A DNA stretch of 64,000 bases from Devosiaceae bacterium (GTDB taxonomy: Bacteria; Pseudomonadota; Alphaproteobacteria; Rhizobiales; Devosiaceae), in NCBI GenBank assembly GCA_036499825.1, contig DASYCZ010000012.1:1-64000 (forward strand), given 5' to 3'. The translations under genes were made by a program, and so were the position numbers. Below the pieces are notes generated by a model. That model searched no databases, was not told the origin of the DNA, and was given only the letters and a program-made list of their open reading frames with translations. Positions 30,059-41,513 of the stretch are shown in pieces. Positions within the stretch are counted from its first letter, which is position 1, and each line of letters starts with the position of its first letter.

Positions 30059-30646
30059 ATGCGCAAGGCCGAAATCGCCCGCAAGACCAACGAGACCGAC
30101 ATCACCGTCGCCGTCAATCTGGACGGCACCGGCAGCCATGACATCAAGACCGGCATCGGTTTTCTCGACCATATGCTCGATCAGCTGGCGCGCCATGGTC
30201 TGATCGACATCACAGTCAGGGCCAAGGGCGACCTCCATATCGACTATCACCACACCGCCGAGGATGTAGGCATCGCGCTCGGCCAGGCCATCGCCAGGGC
30301 CCTGGGCGACAAGAAGGGCATTCGCCGCTATGCGAGCTGCCACCTGCCCATGGACGAGGCGCTGACCCGCGTCGCGCTCGATATCTCCGGCCGGCCGTTC
30401 CTGGTCTGGAAGGTCGAGTTCACCCGCGACAAGGTGGGCGAGATGGATACCGAGCTCTTCCGCGAATGGTTCCAGGCCTTCGCCATGAATGCCGGCATCA
30501 CCTTGCATGTGGAGTGCCTTTACGGCGACAACAACCATCATATCGCCGAAAGCGCCTTCAAGGCCCTGGCCCGTTCGCTGCGCGACGCCGTCGAGATCGA
30601 CGCGCGTGCCGCCGACCGTATTCCCTCGACCAAGGGCACGCTCTAG
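30059..30646 (+). CDS. hisB: Imidazoleglycerol-phosphate dehydratase
   Basis: Conserved IGPD metal-binding motifs ([13 protein letters not shown]; [15 protein letters not shown]). An alternative ATG lies at 30047. Confidence 0.9.
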   Translation: MRKAEIARKTNETDITVAVNLDGTGSHDIKTGIGFLDHMLDQLARHGLIDITVRAKGDLHIDYHHTAEDVGIALGQAIARALGDKKGIRRYASCHLPMDEALTRVALDISGRPFLVWKVEFTRDKVGEMDTELFREWFQAFAMNAGITLHVECLYGDNNHHIAESAFKALARSLRDAVEIDARAADRIPSTKGTL

Positions 30647-30682
30647 TCCCTTGCGTCTGGCTCACCCTGATAGGAGCCCGCG

Positions 30683-31048
30683 ATGACCATCTATACCGTC
30701 TTCGACCGCAACGACCGGGCGCGTCATGACGCGCCCGCCGTGGTGCCCGAAAAATTCTCCTGGTTCGCTTTCCTGCTGCCGCCCGTCTATGCGCTGGTGC
30801 ATCGGCTGTGGCGGCTGCTGGCGGGCTATGTGGTCGCCGTGCTGGCGCTGCAGGTAGCCTCGCGCCTCGTCGGCGGTGAGGCCGGCTTCTGGCTCTATTG
30901 GCTGATGGCGCTGTGGATCGGCTTTGCGGTTCCCGGCATGCGCCGGCAGCGGCTCGCCCGTTCCGGCTGGTCCGATCGCGGGGCGGTGGTGGCCGCCGGC
31001 CCCGATCTCGCCCAGCTCGCCTATTTGCAGCGGGAGGCCCTGAAGTGA
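30683..31048 (+). CDS. DUF2628-like small membrane protein conserved between hisB and hisH
   Basis: 121 aa with two transmembrane helices. Its stop overlaps the hisH GTG start (GTGA), and the position matches the alphaproteobacterial his cluster. Confidence 0.6.
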   Translation: MTIYTVFDRNDRARHDAPAVVPEKFSWFAFLLPPVYALVHRLWRLLAGYVVAVLALQVASRLVGGEAGFWLYWLMALWIGFAVPGMRRQRLARSGWSDRGAVVAAGPDLAQLAYLQREALK

Positions 31049-31692
31049 GCACTGTCGCCATCATCGACTATGGTTCGGGCAACCTCAAATCCGCCGCCAA
31101 GGCCTTCGAGCGCGAAGCCGCCGGCAGCGGTGCCGGGATCGTCGTCACCGCCGATGCCGAAACCGTCCGCCGCGCCGACCGCATCGTTTTGCCCGGCGTC
31201 GGTGCCTTCGCCGATTGCAAGGCCGGGCTCGAAGCCGTGCCCGGCATGATCGAGGTCCTCAACGAGCGGGTCATTATGGGCGGCGTGCCGTTCCTCGGCA
31301 TTTGCGTGGGCATGCAGCTGATGGCCGAGGAAGGCCGCGAAAAGGGCACCACCCCCGGCCTCGGCTGGATCAAGGGCGCCATCGTCAAGCTGCAGCCGGC
31401 CGATCCGGACCTCAAGGTGCCGCATATGGGCTGGAACACCCTGCGCTTCGAGCAGGCCCATCCCCTCCTCGCCGGCATTCCGGATGGTCCGGATGGGCTG
31501 CATGCCTATTTCGTCCATTCCTACCATTTGGCGGCGGAAGACCCGGCATCGCTTGTCGCCACCGCCGACTACGCCCAGACCGTCACCGCCGCCGTCGGCC
31601 GCGACAACCTCTTCGGCACCCAGTTCCACCCGGAAAAGAGCCAGGCCCTGGGCCTGGCCCTCATCCGCAATTTCCTGGAGTGGCGGCCGTGA
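31045..31692 (+). CDS. hisH: Imidazole glycerol phosphate synthase glutaminase subunit HisH
   Basis: Class-I glutamine amidotransferase triad (GICVGMQ; H/E near the C-terminus). GTG start overlaps the upstream stop. Confidence 0.9.
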   Translation: MSTVAIIDYGSGNLKSAAKAFEREAAGSGAGIVVTADAETVRRADRIVLPGVGAFADCKAGLEAVPGMIEVLNERVIMGGVPFLGICVGMQLMAEEGREKGTTPGLGWIKGAIVKLQPADPDLKVPHMGWNTLRFEQAHPLLAGIPDGPDGLHAYFVHSYHLAAEDPASLVATADYAQTVTAAVGRDNLFGTQFHPEKSQALGLALIRNFLEWRP

Positions 31693-31777
31693 TGGCCCGC
31701 TCCGCGCCTGCCACCAGCCTCCCCACAAGGGGGAAGTCCGGGGACGGGCGCCTCCACACATTCTTGAGACCATCCGC

Positions 31778-32512
31778 ATGATCCTCTTCCCCGCCATCGA
31801 CATCAAGGACGGCCAGTGCGTCCGCCTGAAGCTGGGCGAGATGAGCGAGGCGACCGTCTTCAACGATTCGCCCGCCGCCCAGGCCAAAAGCTTCGAGGAC
31901 CAGGGCTTTCAATATCTGCATGTCGTCGATCTCAACGGCGCTTTCGCCGGTGAAAGCGTCAATGGCGCGGCGGTCGAGGCCATCCTCCGTGAGGTGAAGT
32001 TCCCCGTACAGCTCGGCGGCGGTATCCGCAGCCTCGCCCATGTGGAGGACTGGCTCGGTCGGGGCCTCGCCCGCGTCATCCTCGGCACCATCGCGGTCCG
32101 CGATCCGGCGCTGGTCAAGGAGGCCGCGAAGAAGTTTCCCGGCCAGGTTGCGGTCGGCATCGATGCGCGCGGCGGCAAGGTCGCGGTCGAAGGCTGGGCC
32201 GAAACCTCCGAACTCGACGTCGTCGATCTGGCGAGGCGCTTCGAGGGCGCCGGCGTTGCGGCCATCATCTATACCGACATCGATCGTGACGGCATCCTCA
32301 CCGGCATCAACTGGGAATCGACCCTGGCGCTGGCCCGGTCGGTTTCCATCCCGGTCATCGCCTCGGGCGGCCTCGCCTCCATGGCCGATATCCGCCGCAT
32401 GACGGCGCCCGATGCCCAGGTGCTCGAAGGCGCCATTTCGGGCCGCGCGCTTTATGACGGGCGCATTGATTCACGTGAAGCACTCGCCCTGCTGCGGGAC
32501 ATCGGCAGATGA
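31778..32512 (+). CDS. hisA: 1-(5-phosphoribosyl)-5-[(5-phosphoribosylamino)methylideneamino]imidazole-4-carboxamide isomerase HisA
   Basis: [17 protein letters not shown] start and a HisA TIM-barrel sequence. Confidence 0.9.
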   Translation: MILFPAIDIKDGQCVRLKLGEMSEATVFNDSPAAQAKSFEDQGFQYLHVVDLNGAFAGESVNGAAVEAILREVKFPVQLGGGIRSLAHVEDWLGRGLARVILGTIAVRDPALVKEAAKKFPGQVAVGIDARGGKVAVEGWAETSELDVVDLARRFEGAGVAAIIYTDIDRDGILTGINWESTLALARSVSIPVIASGGLASMADIRRMTAPDAQVLEGAISGRALYDGRIDSREALALLRDIGR

Positions 32513-32846
32513 ACACGGCCCCCGGCCAACGCCGCCGGCGCTTCCCCTGGCTCATCTACTGGCTGGTGCTGGCGGTCGTTCTCATTCTGATGCTGCTGCC
32601 GGTGTTCTCGGTGATCTTCGCCGCCACCGTCGCCAACACCCATGGCTGCGCGCTGGATGAAGGCAGCGTGCATCCCTGCATGGTCAATGGCTCCGATTGG
32701 GGCGAGGCCCTTTATGATTTCGCCGTCATGGGCTGGCTCGCCATCGCCACCCTGCCGCTCGGCGGCGGCGCGCTCATCGTGTGGCTGGTCATCCTTATCA
32801 TTCATCGCCAGGCTTGGCGCCGTAACAACCCGGAAGGGATATCGCC

Positions 32847-32850
<4 letters not shown>
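32509..32850 (+). CDS. Small hypothetical membrane protein (113 aa, 2-3 TM helices, two Cys in the periplasmic loop) inserted between hisA and hisF
   Basis: ORF 32509..32850 overlaps hisA's stop and hisF's start by 4 nt each (translational coupling). Coding potential is supported by hydrophobic helices, but no family was recognised. Confidence 0.5.
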
Positions 32851-33655
<805 letters not shown>

Positions 33656-33656
<1 letters not shown>

Positions 33657-33970
33657 TGACGCTCGATGAACTCGACCAGCGCCTCGCCATAAGGGCCGGG
33701 GCTTCGCCCGACGAGAGCTATACGGCCAAGCTGATGGCGCGCGGCGTCGAAAAATGCGCCCAAAAACTGGGCGAGGAAGCCGTCGAGGCCGCCATCGCTG
33801 CCGTCACCCACGACCGCGCCGGCCTCGTGGGTGAGGCCTCCGACGTGCTTTATCACCTATTGGTCCTATTGCGCGTCAGCGCCATTCCGTTGGAGGAGGT
33901 CATGGCCGAACTGGAGCGCCGCACGGCGCAATCCGGCCTTGCTGAAAAAGCCTCGCGCCCCAAGGAGTGA
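33656..33970 (+). CDS. hisE: Phosphoribosyl-ATP pyrophosphatase HisE
   Basis: 104 aa MazG-like HisE ([12 protein letters not shown]...SYTAKL...[13 protein letters not shown]). ATG overlaps the hisF stop. Confidence 0.85.
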
Positions 33971-34938
33971 CAGTGGCCCATTCCAAGCCGCCGAAATCGA
34001 CGCCCGATTTCTCCGCCTATCATCACTTCACCAAAGCCGAATGGTCGAAATTCCGCGCCGACGAGCCGATGACGCTCGATGCCGCCGACATCAAGCGGCT
34101 GCGGGCGCTCAACGATCCGATCTCCTTCGAGGAAGCAGAGGATATCTACCTGCCGCTGGCGCGCCTGCTGTCGCTTTATGTCGAGGCCACGCAGGGCCTC
34201 CATCGCGCCTCGATGAAATTCCTGGGCACCACCGATGGCAAGGTGCCCTTTATCGTCGGCGTCGCGGGCTCGGTGGCGGCGGGCAAATCCACCACCGCCC
34301 GTATCCTTCATGCGCTGATGCAGCGCTGGCAGACCTCGCCCAAGGTCGATCTCGTCACCACCGATGGGTTCCTTCATCCCAACGCCGTGCTGCAGGCGCG
34401 CGGCCTCATGGACCGCAAGGGCTTCCCCGAAAGCTACGACCGCACCCGCTTCATCAAGTTCCTCTCCGACATCAAGTCGGGCAAGGGCAAGGTGCATGTG
34501 CCGGTCTATTCCCACCTGGTCTATGACGTGGTGCCCGGCAAGGAGATCATCGTCGATCACCCCGACATCCTGATCGTCGAAGGGCTCAACATCCTGCAGC
34601 CCGGCGAATTGCCGAAATCCGGCAAGCCCATCGTCTTCGCCTCGGACTTCCTCGATTTTTCCATCTACATGGATGCCGACGAAGCCGACCTCACCGACTG
34701 GTATCTCGAACGCTTCCTGCGTCTGCGCGAAACCGCCTTCGCGGACGAGAAGTCGTTCTTCCACAAGTTCAGCCTGATGAGCGAGGAAGAGGCCAAGACC
34801 TTCGGGCGCTGGGTCTGGGCCTCGATCAACCGGCCCAACCTCATCGAAAACATCATCCCCACCCGCAGCCGCGCCGACCTCATCCTCAAGAAGGGCAAGA
34901 GCCACGTCATCGAGGAAGTCCACCTGCGCCGGGTGTAG
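33967..34938 (+). CDS. coaA: Type I pantothenate kinase
   Basis: P-loop [15 protein letters not shown] and CoaA family sequence. Confidence 0.9.
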   Translation: MTVAHSKPPKSTPDFSAYHHFTKAEWSKFRADEPMTLDAADIKRLRALNDPISFEEAEDIYLPLARLLSLYVEATQGLHRASMKFLGTTDGKVPFIVGVAGSVAAGKSTTARILHALMQRWQTSPKVDLVTTDGFLHPNAVLQARGLMDRKGFPESYDRTRFIKFLSDIKSGKGKVHVPVYSHLVYDVVPGKEIIVDHPDILIVEGLNILQPGELPKSGKPIVFASDFLDFSIYMDADEADLTDWYLERFLRLRETAFADEKSFFHKFSLMSEEEAKTFGRWVWASINRPNLIENIIPTRSRADLILKKGKSHVIEEVHLRRV

Positions 34939-34973
34939 GGGTACCTAAGGGGCGGGATAAAGCGGTGCGTGCC

Positions 34974-35087
34974 GCCCCACCCCACCCTTAATCCCTCCCC
35001 ATCAAAGGGGAGGGAAATCCCGACTGAGAGTCCTGCGGCTCCATCGTCTCCCTCCCCCTACGTGGGGAGGGATTAAGGGTGGGGGGC
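34974..35087. repeat. REP/RIME-like nested palindromic element (CCCCACCCTTAATCCCTCCCC ... GGGGAGGGATTAAGGGTGGGG)
   Basis: Outer and inner inverted repeats read directly; the GGGATTAAGGGTGGGG motif recurs at 44925, 45170 and 45395. Confidence 0.7.
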
Positions 35088-35142
35088 TACGATCTTGAGG
35101 GGTTCGCTGCTCTATGCGGTAGCATCCCAGCCAAACCCAAAC

Positions 35143-36144
35143 TCAGACCGCCACGCCCTTCTCGGCCGCCAGCTGCCTCAAATCCACGATCGGGCGTGCC
35201 CCGATATGGGAGATCACTTCGGAGGCGGCGAGGCACCCGGCCTTCAGCGCCATCTGGAAATCCTGCCCGCGGCCTGCCGCCAGCATAAAGCCTGCCGCGA
35301 AGAGATCGCCCGCGCCGGTTGCATCCACCACGTCCACCGGGAAGGCCGGCACGGTGACGATCTCGCCGTCATAGATCGCCATGGCGCCTTGCGCCCCCAT
35401 GGTGACGGCCGCCAGTTCGGCGTCCTTGGCTACCTGCTGCACCGCTTCGGGCAGGCTGTCGGTCTGGTAGAGCGCTTTCAGCTCATCGATATTGGCGAAC
35501 ACGTAGTCGATGGTCTTGGACCGCAGCAGGTCGAGGAATTCGTCGCGGAAGCGGTTGACGCAGAACGGGTCCGACAGCGTGATCGCCGTCGCCCGCTCGT
35601 GCCGGTGGGCATAATTGGCGGCGCGCACGAAGGCTTTCTTGGCCTCCACCGGGTCCCACAGATACCCCTCCATATAGGTGATGGTGGCCGAGCCGATCTC
35701 GTCCTCGTGGATGTCGGCCTCGGTCAATTCGTGGCAGGCGCCCAGATAAGTGTTCATGGTGCGCTCGCCGCCCTCGCTGATGAGGATCATCGAGCGGGCC
35801 GTGGCGGCGCCGTTGATCAGCCTGGTGGTCGAGTAGTCGACGCCGATGGCCTTGAGGTCGTTGGCGAACACATCGCCCAGCGCGTCGTCCGCCACCTTGC
35901 CGATGAACCTGGCGCGGCCACCGAGCGAGGCGACGCCCGCCGCCGTATTGGCGGCGCTGCCGCCCGAGATCTGCTGCTTGTCGGCCGGCATGCGGTCATA
36001 GAGGTAGGCCGAGCGGTCGCTGTCAACCAGATGCATGATGCCCTCGGTCAGTCCCTCACGGGCGAGGAACCCCGCATCGATAGGGGCGATGACGTCGACA
36101 ATGGCATTGCCGATGGTCAGAACGTCGTAACGGGTCTCGGCCAT
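35143..36144 (-). CDS. PfkB-family carbohydrate/nucleoside kinase (adenosine kinase-like)
   Basis: PfkB motifs (GGSAANTA; DATGAGDLFAAGF). Start chosen at the ATG preceded by GGAG; a longer alternative ends at 36156. Confidence 0.8.
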   Translation of the reverse strand: MAETRYDVLTIGNAIVDVIAPIDAGFLAREGLTEGIMHLVDSDRSAYLYDRMPADKQQISGGSAANTAAGVASLGGRARFIGKVADDALGDVFANDLKAIGVDYSTTRLINGAATARSMILISEGGERTMNTYLGACHELTEADIHEDEIGSATITYMEGYLWDPVEAKKAFVRAANYAHRHERATAITLSDPFCVNRFRDEFLDLLRSKTIDYVFANIDELKALYQTDSLPEAVQQVAKDAELAAVTMGAQGAMAIYDGEIVTVPAFPVDVVDATGAGDLFAAGFMLAAGRGQDFQMALKAGCLAASEVISHIGARPIVDLRQLAAEKGVAV

Positions 36145-36220
36145 CGGGGTCTCCATAGGGTGCGAGTTGCGCCGGAGATAACGGATTGACGGGTGTGGCG
36201 CAACCGCGGGCGCCTCGATT

Positions 36221-36802
36221 TCAGCGGTGCCCGAGCCCTGCCATGAAGGCGCCCGTCACTGCGCCGATCAGCGCATCGTCCGATTGCCCCGGCCGCCGGT
36301 TGATCTGGTCATCGAGCAGCAATTGCGCCAGCCCGTGCACCAGCGACCATGCGGCCAGCGCCGTCGCGTGCGGATCCTGCGGATTGGCGCTCGCCGCCAG
36401 GGCTTCGAGCGAAAAGAACGCCGTATCGGCTGACTCCTTCAGCGCCGGATGCTCGCTGCGTTTCACTTCCGGCGAAAACATCAGCCGGAACAGCGCCGGA
36501 TGCGTCAGCGCGAAGCGCACATAGGCTCGGCCCTGTTCGAGCAGGTGCCGCTCGACCGGCACGCCCCGGGCGGCCTTTTTCAGATCGGCGCCAAACCGCC
36601 GAAACCCTTCGGTCGCCACCGCTGCCAAAAGCGCGGTCCGGTTCTTGAAATGCCGGTAGGGTGCCGATGGCGACACCCCCACGGCTCGCGCCACTTCGCG
36701 CAAACCAAGCCCGCCCTGCCCGTCCCGGGCCAATAGCCCGAGCCCCGCTTCCACCAGCGCATGCCGCAAATCCCCATGGTGATAGGGGCTTTCAGCCTTC
36801 AT
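36221..36802 (-). CDS. TetR/AcrR-family transcriptional regulator
   Basis: N-terminal HTH (GLREVARAVGVSPSAPYRHFKNRTALL). It lies in-frame within a longer spurious ORF (to 37465); start taken at MKAESPYHHG. Confidence 0.8.
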   Translation of the reverse strand: MKAESPYHHGDLRHALVEAGLGLLARDGQGGLGLREVARAVGVSPSAPYRHFKNRTALLAAVATEGFRRFGADLKKAARGVPVERHLLEQGRAYVRFALTHPALFRLMFSPEVKRSEHPALKESADTAFFSLEALAASANPQDPHATALAAWSLVHGLAQLLLDDQINRRPGQSDDALIGAVTGAFMAGLGHR

Positions 36803-36876
36803 GTTGACATTGCTCACATTGGCTTCCACTATACGAACACCGTTAACATTGAAAATGCCGAAACGGAAGGCTGCGC

Positions 36877-37330
36877 CATGACCGATCTCGTCCTCGCCAT
36901 CGCCCACCACCTCGTCGTCTTCACTTTCGTGGCGCTCATCGCGGCCGAAGTGCTGTTGCTGCGTCCGGGGATCACGGGCGAGCGCCTCGCCCAACTCGGC
37001 CGCATCGATGCGGCTGTCGGCCTCGTCGCCACCTTCGTTCTGGTCGTGGGCTTCCTGCGCGTCTTTTTCGGCGCCGCCGGCTCGGCTTACTATTTCGCCA
37101 ACTGGGCCTTCTGGGCCAAGCTCGCCGCCTTCGCCGCCGTCGGTCTCCTCTCTGTCGTCCCCACCCTTGCGATCCTGCGCTGGCGCAAAGCCGCCCGCGC
37201 CGACACCGCCTTCGCGCCACCCCTCGCCGAAGTCACCCGTGTCCGCCGCTTCTTTGCCGCCGAAGCCATCACGCTCATCCTCATCCCCACCTTCGCCGCC
37301 ATGATGGCGCGGGGGTATGGGAGTTTTTGA
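36877..37330 (+). CDS. Small integral membrane protein (4 predicted TM helices), divergent from the TetR gene
   Basis: 150 aa, highly hydrophobic (LVVFTFVALIAAEVLLL...). A possible target of the adjacent TetR regulator. Confidence 0.55.
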
Positions 37331-37467
37331 CGGGAAGGACGAGGTTGGGGAAGGCACTACGAGTTGCCTCATTGCCTTGCCATTCGGGTTCCGAAATCCT
37401 GTCATCCGACGCTGCGCATCGACCTTCTCGCAACCTGCGGATGAGAACCCGGAGCAGGCCACCATCC

Positions 37468-37620
37468 AGCCCCCCTCCCCAGAGGGGCGAGGTGGCTGAG
37501 AGATTGGCGGCCGCTTCTACGCGTCTGGCCATTCGAGCGTAACTGTCACTCCGCCTAGAGGCGGAACGGCTCGAAGTCCCCCCAGGGGCGAGGTGGCCGA
37601 GAAGCCTGCACCCCCACCCA
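37468..37620. repeat. REP-like GC-rich palindromic repeats (CCCCTCCCCAGAGGGGCGAGGTGGC motif, two copies)
   Basis: Read directly; the 'aggggcgaggtggc(t/c)gaga' motif appears at about 37483 and about 37585 and resembles the elements at 51.6 and 54.1 kb. Confidence 0.6.
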
Positions 37621-37626
37621 ACACCC

Positions 37627-38295
37627 CTACCCCACCGGCGTCCGTGTCTTTGGCTCAAACCTGCACCATTCACGGATGATGCAGCGCCAGCATTCCGGCT
37701 TGCGGGCCTTGCACACATAGCGTCCGTGCAGGATCAGCCAGTGATGGGCGTGCAGCATGTATTCGGGCGGCACCACCTTCAGCAGTTGCGTCTCCACCGC
37801 CAGCGGCGTCTTGCCGGGTGCGAGGCCGGTGCGGTTGCCGACGCGGAAAAGGTGCGTGTCCACGGCGATCGTCGGGTGCCGGAAGGCGATGTTCAGCACC
37901 ACATTGGCGGTTTTCCGCCCCACGCCCGGCAGGGCTTCCAGTGCTTCACGTGAATCAGGCACTTGCGAGCCGTGCCGGTCGATCAGCATCTGGCTCAGCG
38001 AAAAGACGTTCTTCGCCTTGGTACGGTAGAGCCCGATGGTGCGGATCTTGTCTTCGATGCCGGCGACGCCCAGCGCCACCATCTTTTCGGGCGTGGGGGC
38101 GGCGGCAAACAGTCCGGGGGTCGCCTTGTTCACGCCCGCGTCGGTCGCCTGTGCCGAAAGCACCACCGCCACCAGCAGCTCAAATGGCGATTCCGCCACC
38201 AATTCGCCCTTTGGCTCTGGATTAATGGTGGCAAACGCGCGAAAAATTGCTTCGACATCCGCCCTCGGAAGGGTTTTGCTTTTGCTGCCGGCCAT
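37627..38295 (-). CDS. nth: Endonuclease III (DNA glycosylase/AP lyase, 4Fe-4S)
   Basis: HhH-GPD motif (LPGVGRKTANVVL) and a C-terminal Cys cluster (CKARKPECWRCIIREWC). Confidence 0.95.
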   Translation of the reverse strand: MAGSKSKTLPRADVEAIFRAFATINPEPKGELVAESPFELLVAVVLSAQATDAGVNKATPGLFAAAPTPEKMVALGVAGIEDKIRTIGLYRTKAKNVFSLSQMLIDRHGSQVPDSREALEALPGVGRKTANVVLNIAFRHPTIAVDTHLFRVGNRTGLAPGKTPLAVETQLLKVVPPEYMLHAHHWLILHGRYVCKARKPECWRCIIREWCRFEPKTRTPVG

Positions 38296-38332
38296 TCCGT
38301 CCCCGCGATTCTCAGCCTATAGTGATGCTGAT

Positions 38333-38812
38333 ATGACCACGAAAACGCAAGCCGAGCCGATCTTCGCCGCCAAGCTGACGCCGCACCGTTCGCTGTCGCC
38401 CCGCGGCCGGCAGGTCCTGATCATCGCCCTCGCCATCTGCGCGGCCATTCCGGGCTTCGTCTTTTCGCGCCTGGGCGCCTGGCCCATCGTGGGCTTCATG
38501 GGCCTTGACGTTCTGGCGGTTTACTTCGCCCTGCGCTGGTCGATGCGTGACGGCGACCGCTTCGAGGAAATCACCCTCTGGCCCAACCGGCTGCAGCTGC
38601 GCCGTGTCTCCGCCAAGGGTAAGGAGGCCATCAGCCAGTTCAACCCGCGCCAGGTCCGTCTCGTGCTCGAGCGCGATTACGATGAGCGCACCACCGGCCT
38701 TAACCTGCGCACCGAGGACGGCGATGTCGAAATCGGCGGGTTCCTGGCCGCCGCCGAGCGGGCCAGCTTCGCCAAGGTGTTCGGCACGGCGCTGCGCAAG
38801 GCCCGGCGCTAA
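38333..38812 (+). CDS. Conserved hypothetical membrane protein (2 TM helices)
   Basis: Internal ATG of ORF 38036..38812; hydrophobic N-terminus, no assignable function. Confidence 0.5.
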   Translation: MTTKTQAEPIFAAKLTPHRSLSPRGRQVLIIALAICAAIPGFVFSRLGAWPIVGFMGLDVLAVYFALRWSMRDGDRFEEITLWPNRLQLRRVSAKGKEAISQFNPRQVRLVLERDYDERTTGLNLRTEDGDVEIGGFLAAAERASFAKVFGTALRKARR

Positions 38813-38885
38813 AGCCCGCGAAAAAAGCGCCTGGCGCCAAAACCGTCAAAACCGGGTCGTAACCCTATTGGGGCAGGCCTAGATT

Positions 38886-39761
38886 ATGCCCATGACAATG
38901 CATCAGAGCCTTTCACCCCATTCCGATTACGAAACCGTCCGTGCCGCCATCGCCTATCTTAGCGAAACCGGCGCCGACGAAGTCGACCTCGCGCGCTTTT
39001 CGCGGGCGCTGGGCCTGACGGAGCGGCAGTTGACCGATCTCTTCCGGCGCTGGTGCGGGCTCAGCCCCAAATCCTTCGCCCAGGCGGTGGCGCTCGATCA
39101 TGCCAAGTCGCTTTTGGCCCAGAACGGCAGCGTGCTCGACACCACCTATGAGGTTGGCCTGTCCTCGCCCTCGCGCCTCCACGATCTGTTCGTCACCTAT
39201 GAGGCCATGCCGCCTGGCGCCTTCCGCGCCCGCGGCGAGGGCCTCACCATGACCTGGGGCGCGGTGCCCTCGCCTTTCGGCACCGCCGTCCTCACCGTCA
39301 CCGATTATGGTCTTTCGGGCCTCGGCTTCGCCGATGACAACACCAGCGTGCAGCAGGCCTTCGAGGATCTGGCCAATCGCTGGCCCAACGCCAAATTCGT
39401 GCGCAACGACAACCACGTCGCCCCCATCGCCCAACGGGTCTTCGATCCGGGGCGCTGGTCGTCCGAGCAGCCGGTGCGGGTGGTGTTCATCGGCACCGAT
39501 TTCGAGGTCAAGGTCTGGGAAACGCTGCTCTCGGTGCCCTTCGGCAAGGCCACCACCTATGGGAGCATCGCCAGCCAGCTCGGCCGCCCCAGCGCTTCGC
39601 GCGCCGTCGGCGCCGCCGTGGGCAAGAACCCGATCTCGTTCGTGGTGCCCTGCCACCGCGTCGTGGGCAGCTCCGGCGCCCTCACCGGCTATCACTGGGG
39701 CGTGCCCCGCAAACGCGCCATCATGGGCTGGGAAGCCGGCGTCATCTCCAGCCGGGGGTAG
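38886..39761 (+). CDS. AraC-type HTH fused to O6-methylguanine-DNA methyltransferase domain (Ada-like regulator lacking the N-terminal zinc domain)
   Basis: The N-terminal half shows an AraC HTH pattern. The C-terminal half carries the MGMT active site PCHRV and the HTH of the Ogt family. Confidence 0.8.
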   Translation: MPMTMHQSLSPHSDYETVRAAIAYLSETGADEVDLARFSRALGLTERQLTDLFRRWCGLSPKSFAQAVALDHAKSLLAQNGSVLDTTYEVGLSSPSRLHDLFVTYEAMPPGAFRARGEGLTMTWGAVPSPFGTAVLTVTDYGLSGLGFADDNTSVQQAFEDLANRWPNAKFVRNDNHVAPIAQRVFDPGRWSSEQPVRVVFIGTDFEVKVWETLLSVPFGKATTYGSIASQLGRPSASRAVGAAVGKNPISFVVPCHRVVGSSGALTGYHWGVPRKRAIMGWEAGVISSRG

Positions 39762-39810
39762 TTGGACTTTCGGCAGGGGGCTTTCGATGTTCGGCGGCGC
39801 ACCCGAAATC

Positions 39811-39860
39811 CTCCCCTACCACCGGGTCATTCCGGCGGAGGCTGGCCGGAATCCATTTCC
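39811..39860. repeat. Short-form copy of the palindromic repeat family (CCACCGGGTCATTCCGGCggaggctgGCCGGAATCCA) also found tandemly at 44.9-45.4 kb
   Basis: Shares the CCACCGGGTCAT(T/C)CCGGCGGAGGC...GCCGG(A/G)ATCCA core with the 45-kb units; read directly. Confidence 0.6.
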
Positions 39861-39905
39861 GTGGCGCGCCACGCGCAACATCTCTCAGTCCAGGCGCGCC
39901 AACCC

Positions 39906-40520
39906 CTAGATCGCCACCTTGTCCTTGAGCCTGCCCTGTGCGTCCAGCGTGTAGATCACCGGCTCGCCCGTCGCCAGTTCACGTTTCAGGATCTGCTCGG
40001 GCGTCAGGCCTTCGATCGCCATCACCAGCGCCCTCAGCGAATTGCCATGCGCGGCGACCAGCACCGTCTCGCCGGCGGCGACTTTCGGCTCGATCTCGGC
40101 CTTGTAATAGGGCAGCGTCCGTGCTGCCGTGTCCTTGAGGCTTTCGCCCCCCGGCGGAGGCACGTCGAAGGAGCGGCGCCAGATGAGCACCTGCTCCTCG
40201 CCCCACTTCTTGCGGGCATCGTCCTTGTTGAGGCCGGACAGATCGCCATAGTCGCGCTCGTTCACCGCCTGGTTGCGGACGATCGTGACGTTCAGGATGT
40301 CCATTTCCTCAAGGATCAGGTCCAGCGTGTGCTGGGCCCTTTTCAACGCCGACGTAAACGCCAGGTCGAACGCAAAACCTTTCTGCTTCAACAGCCTGCC
40401 AGCGGCACGCGCCTCCTCGATGCCCTTTTCGGTAAGGTCTGGATTGCGCCAGCCGGTGAACAGGTTCTGAAGGTTCCATTCGCTCTCGCCGTGGCGGACG
40501 AGGATCAGCGTGCCGGTCAT
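39906..40520 (-). CDS. gpmA: 2,3-bisphosphoglycerate-dependent phosphoglycerate mutase
   Basis: [10 protein letters not shown] catalytic His motif and the histidine phosphatase fold. Confidence 0.9.
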   Translation of the reverse strand: MTGTLILVRHGESEWNLQNLFTGWRNPDLTEKGIEEARAAGRLLKQKGFAFDLAFTSALKRAQHTLDLILEEMDILNVTIVRNQAVNERDYGDLSGLNKDDARKKWGEEQVLIWRRSFDVPPPGGESLKDTAARTLPYYKAEIEPKVAAGETVLVAAHGNSLRALVMAIEGLTPEQILKRELATGEPVIYTLDAQGRLKDKVAI

Positions 40521-40642
40521 TTGACTATTGTCTCCGATGAGAAGTGCGGCGTGAGGATTGCCCTGCCCTCAGGGCTTGGGCAATGCGGCGAAAGACGGAC
40601 ATAAGGACAGGCTGCGTCGGATTGGTGACAATCCGGCCCGCA

Positions 40643-41452
40643 TCAGTCGAGCCCCAGCACGTCGTTCATGGAATAGAGCCCGGGTCGCTGGCCCTTCGCC
40701 CAGTGCAGCGCCCGGATGGCGCCATTGGCGAAAAGGCTGCGGTCTTCGGCATGGTGAACCAATTCGATCCGCTCCGAGGGGCCGGCCAGTATGACGCTGT
40801 GTTCGCCGATCACCGTACCGCCGCGCAGGCTCGCAAAGCCGATGGTGCCCGCCTCGCGCGGGCCCGTATGGCCATCCCGCCCCTTGACGGCGCGTGCGCC
40901 GAGCGATGTCTGCCGCCCCTTTGCGGCCGCCTCGCCCAGCATCAGCGCCGTGCCCGAAGGCGCGTCTACCTTGCGGTTGTGGTGCATCTCCAGCACTTCG
41001 ACGTCGTAATCGGCGAGCTTTGCGGCCGCCTGCTTGACCAGATTGGCCAGAATGGCGAGGCCCAGCGAGAAATTGCCGGCCTTGACGATGCGCGCCCCGT
41101 TCTGCCCGGCCTCGGCGATCTGCTGGTCATCGGAAACCGAACAGCCGGTGGTGCCGATGATGTGGATCAGCCCGCGATCGGCGGCCTTGTGGGCCAGCGC
41201 CACGCTGGCCGCCGGCGCGCTGAAATCGATGATGGCGTCGGCATCGGCCAGCGCCCTGTCGACATCGTCTGTCACCGGCACGCCCAGCGTCTCGAGCCCG
41301 GCCAGGATTCCCGCATCGCGCCCGATCGCCGCGGAGCCGGGGCGATCGATGGCGCCCACCAGCCTCAGGCCTGCCTCGGCGGCGACGGCGCGAATATTGG
41401 CGGCGCCCATGCGCCCGCCGGCGCCCGCAACCACAACCCTCAGATCGGCCAT
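40643..41452 (-). CDS. dapB: 4-hydroxy-tetrahydrodipicolinate reductase
   Basis: N-terminal NAD(P)-binding ([11 protein letters not shown]) and DapB C-terminal domain ([18 protein letters not shown]). Confidence 0.9.
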   Translation of the reverse strand: MADLRVVVAGAGGRMGAANIRAVAAEAGLRLVGAIDRPGSAAIGRDAGILAGLETLGVPVTDDVDRALADADAIIDFSAPAASVALAHKAADRGLIHIIGTTGCSVSDDQQIAEAGQNGARIVKAGNFSLGLAILANLVKQAAAKLADYDVEVLEMHHNRKVDAPSGTALMLGEAAAKGRQTSLGARAVKGRDGHTGPREAGTIGFASLRGGTVIGEHSVILAGPSERIELVHHAEDRSLFANGAIRALHWAKGQRPGLYSMNDVLGLD

Positions 41453-41513
41453 GACGAAAACTCCTCGTTCAGGGGCCTATAGCAAGGCGTGGCCTTTTGG
41501 CCAACGCCCCTGT

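Noticed and set aside
36803-37465. Upstream 220 codons of ORF 36221..37465 (-), which would make a 414-aa TetR fusion
   Set aside because: The extension is Gly/Glu/Asp-rich low complexity, is antisense to a convincing membrane-protein gene, and the TetR HTH begins right after an internal ATG with the normal N-terminal position.
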